64,000 nucleotides of DNA. Origin: Thecamonas trahens ATCC 50062 (lineage: Eukaryota; Protista; Apusomonadida). The notes under the pieces were generated by a model. It did not search any database. It saw only the letters and a list, made by a program, of their open reading frames with translations, and was not told the DNA's origin. Position numbers and translations under genes: made by a program. The DNA lies in the NCBI RefSeq assembly GCF_000142905.1, contig NW_013657645.1:1-64000 (forward strand), given 5' to 3'. Positions 40,101 through 51,565 of this stretch are shown in pieces. Position 1 is the stretch's first letter; each line of letters opens with the position of its first letter.

Positions 40101-43100
40101 GGTCGACTTTTTCGAGCCGACCTTTATCTGGGACGCACGCACCCGTGCCGAGCTCAACGACAAGCTCATCTCCGAGCTCGACACCTTTACCCGCTGGCGC
40201 GCCTGGCGCGCTTCGGCCCTCGAGCTCAGTCAAGCTCATGACGCCTCGGCTGCTACCGCGCCGCTCCACGACGACAGCCCGGTTGCTGGAACTTCCCATC
40301 CGCGCCCGGCCGGCCACGCCCGCGCCATCCCGCCGCTTCGCTGGAACCACGAAGAGTTTGAGGTTGTCTACGACTCGCTCGCCGGCGAGCTCCGCGTCGG
40401 CCAGTTCTACCTTGACGCCATCCTTGCCCGCGTCCCCGAGGTCAAGCTCGCCCAGCCGGGCGTCTTTGTCGAGGAGATGGCCCACCATCTCACCTTTTGC
40501 ACCGACGTCGCCATCCGCTGCCGCATCTTGCAGGCTCTCAAGTGGGCCTACGGTGAGTACATGCCGGTCCTCGGCGCCTACCGCTACATGGAGCCGGTCG
40601 TCATGCACCTCCGCGCCCTCGACCAGCCGCTCGTCCGCGAGTGCCTCCTCTCGTTCCTCGCGCAGGCCTTTGTCCTCCGCGACAACATCAAGAGCTTTGT
40701 CGCCGCCGGGGGCCTCGACCCGCTCATGGCCCATCTTGCCACTGTCCACTCGGGCGATCCAGCTGCGCTCACCGTCGGCATCTCGATCCTTGAGCTTCTC
40801 ATTCTGGCCGCCTCGCTGGTCCCGTCGCTCGATGCCCACGGCCGCCTCCTTGTCCCGCCGCCTCGGGTCCGCACCGCCCTCGCTGCCCCCAACTACCTCG
40901 CGGCTATTGCCCAGTGTCTCCTCGTTGGCGACTCGGAGCTCAGCTCGCGCGCCATCCTCCTCATCGACCTCCTTGTCCGCGACTCTGAGTCGCTCCTCTA
41001 CGACGTCGGCTCCATCGGCATCGAGCCCATGCTCCTCCTCCATCCGCTTCACATGGGCCAGCCCGGCGCCAACCTCCTCGCCCGCCTTGTTGCCGCCGGC
41101 GTCGACGCCACCGTCCGCCGCCTTCTACCGGATGGTATGGTCGCCCTCCTCTGCGCCGCGCCGTCGACGCCCATGGCCATCCGCTCCGGTGACACCCCGT
41201 TTTATGATGCCCTCGTCGGCGACGTCGACGCCCCGCGCGTCATGTGGGGGCCCGCCGAGCGGGAACTGCTCACCGCAGCCTGCGCCGAGCACCTCGCCCC
41301 GCTCGTCACCGCCCTCGGCCAGGACCCGCTCGCCAAGTACCTCGACGTCGTCCCGTCCACCGTCCCGGACCAGGTCACCTACCCGCGCCTCGATGCCGAG
41401 CTCGTCGTCCGTGGCGTCTTTGTCCGCAACATGGCCGACGCCGCCCGCTTCCCGGTCACCGAGGTCGACAACGAGAACGCCTTTGTTTCCGAGGCCCTCG
41501 CGTGTCTCCGGACCTCCTCCGAGCACCAGTCTCAGACCGCGCTCGTCCGCTGCATCGTCGGCGTTGTCGCCGCGCATCCGCACCTTGCCGTCCTCAGCGC
41601 CTTCCCCGCCTTTGACATTGTTGTCTCCCTCCTGCATGACGCCGCCGCCGCCGCCACCGTCTCCGACCTCCTTGATGGCGTCCTCGACCTCATCCACCGC
41701 GTTCTCGCCGCTGACTCGGAGTCCAACGCCAAGGGCTTTGTCCAGGCCCAGGGCCTGCCTGCGCTCGAGGCCGTCCTTGTCATGCTTGGCGAGCTGCCGG
41801 TCGACACCCAGGTCGCCACCTCGCTCCAGCTCGCCCTCCGCCTCGTCGCAGTTCTCGGCTCGCGCAGCGCGACAAGGACGCGCCTCTTGCTGGTACCGGG
41901 CACCGTCGCCGCCTGTGTCCGCGCTGTCGAGCGGTGGGAGGCCATGCCGCACGCCGCAAGCGTCGCCCTCGCCGCCATCGCCGCCCTCACCGCCGAGGAC
42001 GCCCACTGTGTCCTTCTCGTGGAGCACAAGGCGCTCTTTGCCGCCCTCGCCTGCATGGCCGAGGGCGGTGTCGTCGCACTCGACGCCGCTGGCGTCCTCC
42101 CGGCACTTGTCAACCGCAGCGACAACGGCGCCGTCGATCTCGCCCGCCTGGTCGACATGCACGTTGTCCGTGCCGCCGTCCGGGACGGCGCTTGCGGTCA
42201 CGACGTCCTCGACGCCTTTACTGCCGACGCCCAGACCCCGCATCGTGTGTGGAACAGCGCCATGCGCGCCGAGGTCGCCGCCGTCTGCCGCCGCCTCCTG
42301 GCCTCGCCGCTTCCCGCCGCCGACGTCCTCGACGGTTGGGAGTCGGAAGTCCTTGCCGCCGAGCCGGTTGTTGCCGGCCTTTTTGTCGCCTACATTGTGG
42401 GCGCCGAAGACGAGGTGCTTGACTGCGATGACGCTGATCTGGCGACAGTTGTCACCGGCCTCTGCGCGGCCGACGCACTTACTGTGGTGACCTGCAAGGC
42501 GCTGCACGCCCTGCTCGGCGCCGGCGGTGAGAGGGTTGCAGCCGTAGTCGATCCGCTCGCGCTCGTTGACGCTGTATCCTCCGCCGATGACGAGCATCTT
42601 GCGAGTGAGGCTGCGCGCGTTGTCGCGCGGCTTGTCTCACTCGACGCCGGCCTCGCTGCTGTCCGCACCGGCTGCGGCGAGGTTGTTACCCGCGGCCTCC
42701 TCGCGCGGGTTCTCGACGAGACGCTGCGGATGGTGCCGACTGTTCTAGTCATTGCCTGGACCGCTATCGGCACCGAGCCTGGAATGCTTGCCGATCTGCT
42801 CGCATGTGGCTCTGTCCTCTTCCCGCTTGCGGTGGTGGTCGAGTGCGGCCGCCGCGAGACCGACAGGGTGGTCGCCGCGTCGATGCTGGCCAACCTGGTG
42901 AGGAGCCCAGATCATGGCGAAGCCGCTCGGGCCATCCTCGCTCAGTATCTCATCCCGCTCCATGTCCAGACACTTGTCACCACGCCGCACCGCCTGCCGG
43001 CCATGCTCGATGCCGAGCTTGTCCAGCCGAATGCGGTGTGGAGCCGTGGCATGGCCGCCGCCCTGGCTCGGGCGGTCCGGGTCGAGGCCGAGGAACTAGA

Positions 43101-44535
43101 CGTCGGCTCCGGCCGCTGGCAGCCGGCCGGAGCGCAGCTGGCGAGTCACCCGGACGTTGCCGGCTATACCCTCGTCAGCGGCATCTACGTTGAGCTCTTT
43201 GTCGACGCGCCAATCTTTGCCATCGCTGACGTTAGCGGCTTTGTGAGCGGGTGCATGGCCGCCATGTCCGAGTCTCCAGACAAGGTGCGCGTCCTTCTAG
43301 CTGCGGTAGAGAAAGCGGTCCGCCAGAGCCGGCCGCGGGTCGAGGCCGAGTCGCTCGCTGCCTTTGTGGCGGCCTGTGTGCCCGGAGTGGACACGCCCGA
43401 CGAGCTTGACGACGCCGCCTCGGGCAGCGCCCTGCGCATCCTGGCAGCACTGTTGGCGGCCGATCTCAACGGCGTCGTTACCTCGGGCCTCGACGTCAAC
43501 CGGCTCGCTGCACTTGGCAAGCGCCATCCGGCGATGGAGATCGCGGCGCTGGAGCTTGTCCAGCAGTGCGTCCAGCTCAGCGACGTGTTTGTGGACCAGG
43601 CGCTCGACGGCGGGCTCATCGGCCTCCTGCTCAACATCCTCGCGTCACCGTCGTCGAGCAGCGAGCTCGACCTGGCGGCAGCAGCCGTCCTCCGTGCATG
43701 CGTTGCTGATCCGCGCCGCGGCAGCGAAGTCGCCGCCGAGCTCGAACAGTCGCGCAATGTTGGCATCTGGGCGCCGTACGCTGGTTCAGCCCCGGCAGAC
43801 GCACCCTCGTCGGGTGGGGATGTGGGCGGGGTATCGGCCGTTCCGTCGCTTGCCGCGTCGTCATGGGCATCGTCGCTCGACGATGTTGGTGTTGATGGCT
43901 ACGCCGACGCTAGCGACTACCGTGACTCGTCGATGTCGGAGATCGACGTCGACCGGCTCGTTGCCGCGCTTGCCGGCGTCGCAGTTGAGCCATCGGCCGG
44001 CATGGTCGAGGAGGCACTAGGCGTTCTCGACGAGTGGGACGACGACGACGATGACGACGAGAGCATTGTCGAAAGAAGGGAGGTCAGCACCCAGCTCGGA
44101 CGCCCTGTCGAAAGCGACGATGAGTCTATAGAGAGCGAGAGTGAGGTCGCCACGCCAGCGCCTGCGGTCGCTGACGCAGCTCCCGAAGCTCCGGTCGTGG
44201 CTCCGGCGGACGACGGCAGCGATGATGGCAGTGAGGGCAGCAGCAACGATGTTGCAGATTTGCTTGAGGTCGTTAGCGACGGCAGCAGCGACGATGACCA
44301 CGCACCACCGCAGGCAGCGTCCGGGGATCTGCTAGCCCAGATCCGGATGGGAACCCAGCTCCGCGCGGTTGATACCGAAGCGGTGCGGCAGGCCAGTGCC
44401 GCCGCACGCGCTGAGTCCTCGCTCTCGGGTGCCATCCTCGCCTCAATGGAAGGTCGGCGCAAGGTGATGACACTCACCTCGGAGGATCTTCGCGACGGAT
44501 GGAGCGGAGACGAGGGCTCTGACGACTGGGCGTGA
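37118..44535 (+). CDS. RME-8/DNAJC13-like protein with no visible J-domain and a C-terminal WH2-C-A (VCA) module; exon 1 37118-37221, intron 37222-37986, frame break near 39458
   Basis: The spliced N-terminus SKRIYVVTDNA|FLGLDATTRTSKEVFPYD...VNFSVRSGKKGKAKSESL resembles the RME-8 N-terminal domain. Four IWN-like repeats (IWDARTRAEL, VMWGPAERELL, VWNSAMRAEV, VWSRGMAAAL), plus YDSLAGELRVGQFYL and PPPRVRTAL. Confidence 0.8.
37440..37925. repeat. Intronic 18-bp minisatellite with a higher-order 142-bp duplication
   Basis: Units gttgtgtctgttgttgct, then atcgtgtctgttgtcgcc, then atcgtgggtgtggtcccc. The block caccacctcgtatatgg recurs at 37649 and 37791. Confidence 0.9.
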
Positions 44536-45059
44536 ACACCCCCCTCCCTGGCCGGCCGATGATGTCGTACCGCACCCTTAAAACAGTCGAGTTGAGTGGC
44601 CAGCGTGTGATCTTGGGTAGGTGTGTGATCGGGGAAAGCAGGTGTTAGGCCACAAGTGGGCGATCTTTTGCAGCGAGCAGGTGATCGACAGATCATTAGC
44701 GGCTGACCAGGGAGCAGGCAGGTGTTCCGGACCATGCGACTGGCCGGACCGCGGGGGGCAACCAAGCGATCGAGCAACCATCAGATCAGACAACCGAACG
44801 ACACACGTATGATCGAACAGCCATGAGGCAACCGGATGGCAAGCGGGTGATCAACCAGCACGGGTGAAACCGAGCGGAACGGGGTCTAACGCGACATGCG
44901 GGAGCAAGCGCGGCAAAAGTGCGCCTATCAGCGATGAGCGGTCTCTCGCCAGTCGACGGCCGACGAGCCGACGGTCGGCACACCTGACGCGACACGAGTC
45001 AGGCGTTTCGGGGAGCAAGGTCGAGGGAGGGGAGTCAGACAAGTCAAGTCAAGGAATCC

Positions 45060-46181
45060 ATGTCGCACTCTACCCTCCGGGGCATCTCTGTGCGGTACTT
45101 GCCGCAATTGAGTGTGGATGGCCTACCTACGGCCCTGCCACTCCTTGTGGCTACGGGATATATGGTCCGAGTCGTGGTTCCTCTCCCGCAAGTCATTTCC
45201 ATTTTGGCCATTTCTGGCGCATCCGTCTCCATCTGTGGTGCTTGTGGTCAACTGCCACAAGGACGTGTATCGACTATGATGACCTCTGTTCTTGCCTTTA
45301 TGGTCTCATGGAAGACTCTTTCTCTTATGGCTGTTCCACGGGCGTTTCTTCCTTTCAGATCGGACGCATCGTTGATGAGAGCGGCTGGAAATTGGTTCTC
45401 ATCCTACCTCTTTACCATGGTCCCCGTTGTCAAGGCCTCGGATGACGCTGTCATTGTTCTGGATGGCTCGGCTGATGACAACACAACTCGCATGACTCGC
45501 TGGCTTGTGGGCATCGGTGAGATCGCCACTCGCTGGATGGCAAAGGCTTCCGCAAACTACGTCATTCTCTCCGCCGCCGCATCGGCTGCGTCGGCAGGTG
45601 CTCCCACGCCGGTGCTCTACGGCCTGTGGACCGCATCAGTGGCGACCATGACCGCATCAGAGCTCAACGAACTGGTTGTTTGGACCGCCACTCTCGGTAG
45701 GTACAAGGTTGTCTCGTTCAACAACTGGTTCCTCGCCTCGACCTCGCTCTACGAGCTCTGGTCTGCCCGCTACAACCGCCTCGTCTCTCGGTTCTTCCGC
45801 GACACGCTCTACCGCCCGCTCCGTAGCGTCGTCTCGGCGCCGGTGGCGTCGATGGCTGTCTTTGCTGCGTCGGGCATCCTCCATGCCTTTGTCGCCCACG
45901 TCACCTTTGGCGGCGGAGAGCTCTCCTCGTTCGCCTTCTTCTTTGCTTCGGGTGGCCTCGTCTGCCTCGAGCGCTGGCTTGACAAGAACGTGCCGTCGTT
46001 TGCGGAGCGGCCCAAGTGGCTCGGCTGGCTCCTGACCATGACCACCATGGCCGGCCTGGCTCCGCTCTACCCTGGCCTCTTTGTCGCCCGCTGGCCCGGT
46101 TGGTTCGTCGACAACCCCATCACCGCCCCGTGGCCGGCGTCGGTCGTCGGCGACGCCATCTGCAAGCTCATCGGTCTGTAG
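45060..46181 (+). CDS. Membrane-bound O-acyltransferase, wax-synthase-like (MBOAT_2)
   Basis: FNNWFLASTSLYELWSARYNRLVSRFFRDTLYRP and VFAASGILH (catalytic His); hydrophobic overall. Confidence 0.8.
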   Translation: MSHSTLRGISVRYLPQLSVDGLPTALPLLVATGYMVRVVVPLPQVISILAISGASVSICGACGQLPQGRVSTMMTSVLAFMVSWKTLSLMAVPRAFLPFRSDASLMRAAGNWFSSYLFTMVPVVKASDDAVIVLDGSADDNTTRMTRWLVGIGEIATRWMAKASANYVILSAAASAASAGAPTPVLYGLWTASVATMTASELNELVVWTATLGRYKVVSFNNWFLASTSLYELWSARYNRLVSRFFRDTLYRPLRSVVSAPVASMAVFAASGILHAFVAHVTFGGGELSSFAFFFASGGLVCLERWLDKNVPSFAERPKWLGWLLTMTTMAGLAPLYPGLFVARWPGWFVDNPITAPWPASVVGDAICKLIGL

Positions 46182-46219
46182 CGTGCTCAAGAGAGGCTGT
46201 GGCCGTATTATCCTACGCG

Positions 46220-47128
46220 CTACGGTGCCCGAAGCAGCGGCCACCACGCGTCGGGAATCGGTGCGTCCCAGATGGCGAGCTGGCGGAGGTTGCGTGCGCG
46301 GAGGTAGTCGAGCCGCTGCTCGACGGCAGCGAGCGGAAACGGCTTGTTGGTGTTCGGGTCAACCGTCTCGAGGCCGATGACCAGCCGCTCGGGCATCACG
46401 CCTGCCGCCAGTGCCTCGTCAACAAACTTCTGAAACAGTGTCCAGTTCCCGGTGTAGGTGCCCATGAGGACGATGGCGTCAACCCGCGACTTGGCCAGGA
46501 GCGAGACGTTGAAGAACGGCGTCCATGTCCCGACGTCGACCGAGAGGAACTTGTCGTGGACATGAAGCGCGTCGGCAAGCGCGTTGAGGAAGACGTTAAA
46601 GCCCTCGGCATCGGCATGAGTCCCGTTAAGCGGCTCGATGTCGATGTTGTAGCCGTCAAAGCCACCGGCGGCAACGGCCGCCATGGCAGCGTCCACAAAC
46701 GGCTTGGGATCGGCAGCCGCTTCGCGAGCCCACTCGATGACCTGCGGCCGGCCCCAAGGACAGCACGTGGAGACTTGAGCATATGCTTTGAGCCCTGCAT
46801 GCATCAGCGCAGGAGCAACGTTGGTAAAGTTGTTGTCCACAAACGATCCGCCCGGCCCGAGGTTATACGCCTCGTACGCCACCGCCGTGATGGTATCTGC
46901 ATGATCAATGAGCTGCTTGAGATCGGCCTCAATGTTCTCGCCAGTTCGCTCCAGTCCCATCCACGGTTGAATCGAGTTGAAGAACGGCGCTGCATGGCTC
47001 AGCCCCTCCTGCCCAAGCCCTTGCTGGCCCTGTCCGAATCCGACTTCATTTTCACCGCACACTCTGGACGCCACCACAGCCAACACAGCCAACACCAGCC
47101 ACTCCTGCTTCATTCTCGTCTGGAACAT
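46220..47128 (-). CDS. Secreted glycoside hydrolase family 18 (chitinase-like)
   Basis: Signal peptide, catalytic motif GFDGYNIDIE, terminal AIW strand. Confidence 0.75.
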   Translation of the reverse strand: MFQTRMKQEWLVLAVLAVVASRVCGENEVGFGQGQQGLGQEGLSHAAPFFNSIQPWMGLERTGENIEADLKQLIDHADTITAVAYEAYNLGPGGSFVDNNFTNVAPALMHAGLKAYAQVSTCCPWGRPQVIEWAREAAADPKPFVDAAMAAVAAGGFDGYNIDIEPLNGTHADAEGFNVFLNALADALHVHDKFLSVDVGTWTPFFNVSLLAKSRVDAIVLMGTYTGNWTLFQKFVDEALAAGVMPERLVIGLETVDPNTNKPFPLAAVEQRLDYLRARNLRQLAIWDAPIPDAWWPLLRAP

Positions 47129-47269
47129 AGAGTCGAGTCTGTCTGCCGGCTCTGTCCCGACCTCTGACGCTGCTCTGAGGCGCCTCTCTCGCCTCGACCG
47201 TGGCCACCAGCCACTTTGCAGCCATTATTTACGTTTGGAAAAAAGTCACGCGCTGATCGAGCCAAAGAC

Positions 47270-49201
47270 ATGGCATCGCTCCATGAGGCTACGGCTGTGA
47301 CGGTGAGGCCACGGCCCAGGTAGTAGTAGGTTATGGCCCGCTCGTGAGTGAGCTGCAACGTTTGTACCCAGACAGACTCTTACAGTTTATCGTTCCTCAA
47401 TCATCTCTCGTACAGTTTATCGTACCTCAATCATCTCTCGTACAGTTTATCGTTCCTCAATCATCTCTCGTACAGTTTATCGTTCCTCAATCATCTCTCG
47501 TACAGTTTATCGTTCCTCAATCATCTCTCGTACAGTTTATCGTGGCCCGCTCGTGAGTGAGATGCAACGTTTGTACCCAGACAGACTCTTACAGTTTATC
47601 GTACCTCAATCATCTCTCGTACAGTTTATCGTACCTCAATCATCTCTCGTACAGTTTATCGTTCCTCAATCATCTCTCGTACAGTTTATCGTACCTCAAT
47701 CATCTCTCGTACAGTTTATCGTTCCTCAATCATCTCTCGTACAGTTTATCGTTCCTCAATCATCTCTCGTACAGTTTATCGTTCCTCAATCATCTCTCGT
47801 ACAGTTTATCGTTCCTCAATCATCTCTCGTACAGTTTATCGTTCCTCAATAATCCCTCGTCCACCACCTGTCTCGTGGCGGCAGGAGGGCAAGATGAGCA
47901 CAGGCGAGGACGTGGCGTGGGTGGCCGAGCTGTTTACAGAAGCCACAAGCTCGGCAGCACGCCTGACGACACTCCTTCGTGCCACCCACAACTCGCCACA
48001 ACTCCCGGCAGCAGTCGAGCTCTTTGCCAGCACCCTCGCCTCGCGCTCAGCTGAAGACGCCGCAGCCGGCGCAGAGGGTGCGTCCGAGGTCCTGGCCGAC
48101 ATCGATGGCGCCAATCATGTCCTGCTCGGCCACATTGAGCGGCATGGCAGTGAACTCGACAGCGAATCAGCAGCCGCGCTAGCAGATCTGACTTCGGCGC
48201 TGACTCGGATGGCACGCGGGGCGCTCGAGCGGCTCGCACGGACCATCGCCGGCGATGTTGAGCCGGTTCTTGCTCAACTCCCACTGGTGGTGCCAGAGGT
48301 GGTGGTTGATCAGGGGCCTCTGCCGATGGTGTCTGCCGCCGCCGAAGCGTATGTAGCTACGATCGAGGACTACTTTGATGAGGTGCTGGAGGTGGTGCCG
48401 GACGTGTGGTGTGAGAGGCTTGTCAAGTCGCTGGCCAACGCGTGCGTGATGGCGGTGGAGGACGGCCTGTTCTCGCCGCGGGCAGTCGAGCATGTCGACG
48501 CCCTGGCATCTGCCCTCTCTCCGACCTGGATGTGGGTGGTGACGGCATGGCGCGATGTGTGGAGCCTTCGGGCGCTATACGCACAGTATTTGTCGCGCCG
48601 GCGCGCCGCGGCGCTGTTTGATCGGCTGCTGCTGGTTCTCGACTGTGTGTCGGTGGGTGCATTCCGAGCGAGCCGGTGCCTGCCTGTGGCGCTCGAGGCC
48701 GCTGAAGCGCCGCTGGTCGACGATTCGGCACTTGCGGCGGAGCTGAAGACCCGGCTGTATGCCGCAGTCGGGGCGTGGGGCGAAGAGTTCACCTTTGCAC
48801 ATGTGGTGCATGTGCTCAAGCTCATGTCGTGGCTCCCGGATCCGGTGCGGGTCCGCGCGCAAAAGGCAGCATTCAAGGCTGTGGTCAACGGTCCGCCGGA
48901 GACCTACACCCGCCCGCCGTCGCGACTCGCCGGCCTCGTCTCGCTCGGCCTCAGCCCGGCTCGCACTACTGCCAACAATGGTGCGACGAGTGAGGCAAGC
49001 GCCGCCGCAGGCGGACGCAGCGACGGCTTTGTACCGTTTGAGGTGGAGCTGGCGGCGCCGCTGCTTGATGGCAGCGACGGGAGGCCGGGCGTGTTGGGCT
49101 CCGAATCCGGCCCGGACCCAGACTCAGACTCGGCCTCGTCGCTCTTCACCACCGAGTCGTCGCAGCTATCGTCGCTTGGCTCGGGCGAGTGGTCGACATG
49201 A
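47270..49201 (+). CDS. Helical protein resembling the C-terminal part of exocyst Sec6/EXOC3; predicted exon 1 47270-47302, intron 47303-47884
   Basis: 435-aa ORF containing IAGDVEPVLAQL...VATIEDYFDEV. A phase-0 GTGAGG...GGCAG intron joins an in-frame upstream ATG exon. The family assignment is tentative. Confidence 0.45.
47335..47850. repeat. AT-rich 30-bp minisatellite (tcatctctcgtacagtttatcgt[t/a]cctcaa) in two higher-order blocks
   Basis: About 14 near-identical units. The leader ggcccgctcgtgagtgag..cagacagactct is repeated near 47335 and 47544. Confidence 0.95.
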
Positions 49202-49207
49202 GCCAGA

Positions 49208-51217
49208 CTACTGGTAGAGCGCGCCGCCAGAGCGGTTCTGATACGACGGCATCGAGAAGACGCCGGCCGAGCCGCGGGTAAAGAGGGTGCCCGAGCTTGC
49301 CGACGCATTGCGGGCGTCCGGGTAAGCGACGAGTGACTCGGACGCGCTGCCGGTCGGGCCGATCGGGCGCGGCATGCCGAGGGCGGCGGCCGGAACCGGC
49401 GACGCCGGGTGAGCCCGTGAATCATGCTCGTCGTCGTCCGAGCCGTACATGTGCGGTGGGGCCCAGTAGGTGGTAGCCGGCTCACCGGTCCGATTCAGCG
49501 ACGCCATCGAGCCGTACAGCGGGCCCGAGTGCGTCGAGGCAAAGCCGCCGCCGCGGCCCTTGAGCACGGCGGTCGCCGACGCTGACGAGTGCGACGACGA
49601 CGGGACGTGGCCCACCAGCGCAATGACCAGCGACGGCGGCACAATCTCCCACGAGAAAAACGAGAAGAACACAATGAGAGACTTGGAAGTCGGTGAATCG
49701 ATGGCGATCGAGATGGTGACAGCGTCGCATGCTGCCGCAATGTCGTACGCACATCGCGAGAGGAAAAGCACAAGCAAAGCCGCGAGGAGCGCAAGCACCG
49801 ACTGCTGCGAGTCACCAAAGGTCGAGAACGGGAGCCGGATCCCGGGGTTTGCCGTTACCAGGGTGTAGAGGTGAAAGTACGCCACCGCTAGCAAGATCTC
49901 CAGCAAGCAGAAGACCGAGGCGGTGAAGATCGAACGCAGCTGCGAGGCTGACGACGACGCCTCCTTGGCGTCCTGCACAAGCACCCAGTACACGTACAGG
50001 CAGTAGAGACAGAAGAGCACGCCGTTGACGCCGAGAAACGCTCCGTTAGCCCACCGGCCCAGATACGCGTCCCAGTCGGCCCGCCGGGTGTGGCGGAGCA
50101 CCATCGACGAGGTAAAGAGCACAAGGAGCGAGAAGACCCCGAACTCGATGTTGACCGGGAGCTCGTAGACTGCAATCAGGAGGAAGCTGGGCGAGTACGA
50201 GAGCTGGACCGAGACAAAGAACACCACACGTACTGCCATCCATAGCAGGCACAGCACGAGAAAGCCGACCTGCGCCGAGAAGAACCGATGCCTGCGCCGT
50301 TGGGTATGGATGGAGCCGGCAAGAGAAGGGAGCCGTCGACAGCGAGGTATGAGCACGGTGAAAAGTCCACCACACAGGACAGAGCCCATAGTGTACGGAG
50401 ATTGAGTCACGATGTCGCGTGCCGAGACGTGGAGGCCGACATCGGTGGAGCAAGTGAGCACAGCGAGAGACGGCAGGCAAGCCGTTGAGGATGATCGTCG
50501 AGAGCGTGGTACGAGGGATGTATGACCGGTATGACCGCAGGGAAAAGACCACCACATAGGTCATATCCCATACAATGTCGATAAGGAGTTGCGATGTAGC
50601 GTGGCGAGTGGTGAAGGCCGGCATTGTTGTAAACGTCGAGTAGTAGCGTGGACGAATCCGTGACCGATTTGAGCGCAGGCAGTTTCGTGCCAACCGAGGG
50701 GAAGAGGGGGGGGGAGGAGAGAGAGCCAGACAATACCACCGCCACCGCACGGAATACCATCAGCGCAACGACACAAATCCGTACACATGTAGCGAGTATG
50801 TACATATATCCCCATGTCGAGTTTGAATACTATAAACGTAAGTAACCATGTGTAGGTGTGTATGAAGGGAGCGGGGAAGGGGGGGGGGGGGAAGGGGGCT
50901 GGCCGTCCGGGATCATCCACGCACATGACAACAGTAGCAACAAGGGGGAGGGGGGGGGNNNNNNNNNNNNNNNNNNNNNNNNNNNNNNNNNNNNNNNNNN
51001 NNNNNNNNNNNNNNNNNNNNNNNNNNNNNNNNNNNNNNNNNNNNNNNNNNNNNNNNNNGTATGTAGGAGAAGATAGACGTACTTGTAGTATACAACCCGT
51101 CCGAGTTGGACAAGGCATACCTTGAACAGGAATGAGTACATGAGTGTCAGTGTCAGTAGGGTCCCCGAGATCTGCATGGCCGCCCGCAGTGGCCAAAGTT
51201 GAGTCGGGTGGCCTGGT

Positions 51218-51248
<31 letters not shown>

Positions 51249-51357
51249 GGGAACGAAGCCGCTTGACAGCGAGCCTTGCTCTGACTGATATCACGTGACG
51301 TTGTCGGTTGAGCAATGCAGAACGGTTGGCACCTTGAAGCTCTGAAGGCGTAGACAT
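49208..51357 (-). CDS. GPR137: GPR137-family lysosomal 7TM protein; intron 50292-51082; start at 51357 or 51177 uncertain
   Basis: Spliced TM1 LMYSFLFKVCLVQLGRVVYYK|HRFFSAQVGFLVLCLLWMAVR (GTACGT...GCAG, phase 2). LPVNIEF, LFLSRCAYD and SWEIVPPSLV match GPR137-family motifs. Confidence 0.75.
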
Positions 51358-51565
51358 AGTCGGGGGGCTGACACCCGCTTGTCCTAAAATCACGATCTGC
51401 GACGACGACGACGACAACAACAACAACAACGTGTGACGACCGCGATAACGTGCGGTCGGCCGAGGCAGTACGTGCGAGACAATCTCAAGCCGCCGAACCA
51501 GCGGTACTGCTAACAACACACAGATCTCCGCCCGCTACTGCCGCGAGCTGTTTATCACCAACTGC

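Noticed and set aside
43147-43155. HPD tripeptide as a J-domain in the RME-8-like protein
   Set aside because: It lies in the conserved post-IWN segment of repeat 4, without flanking J-domain helices.
47335-47850. Possible CRISPR array (also considered for 61551-62170 and 62476-62764)
   Set aside because: Units are contiguous with no unique spacers, there are no cas genes, and the context is eukaryotic.
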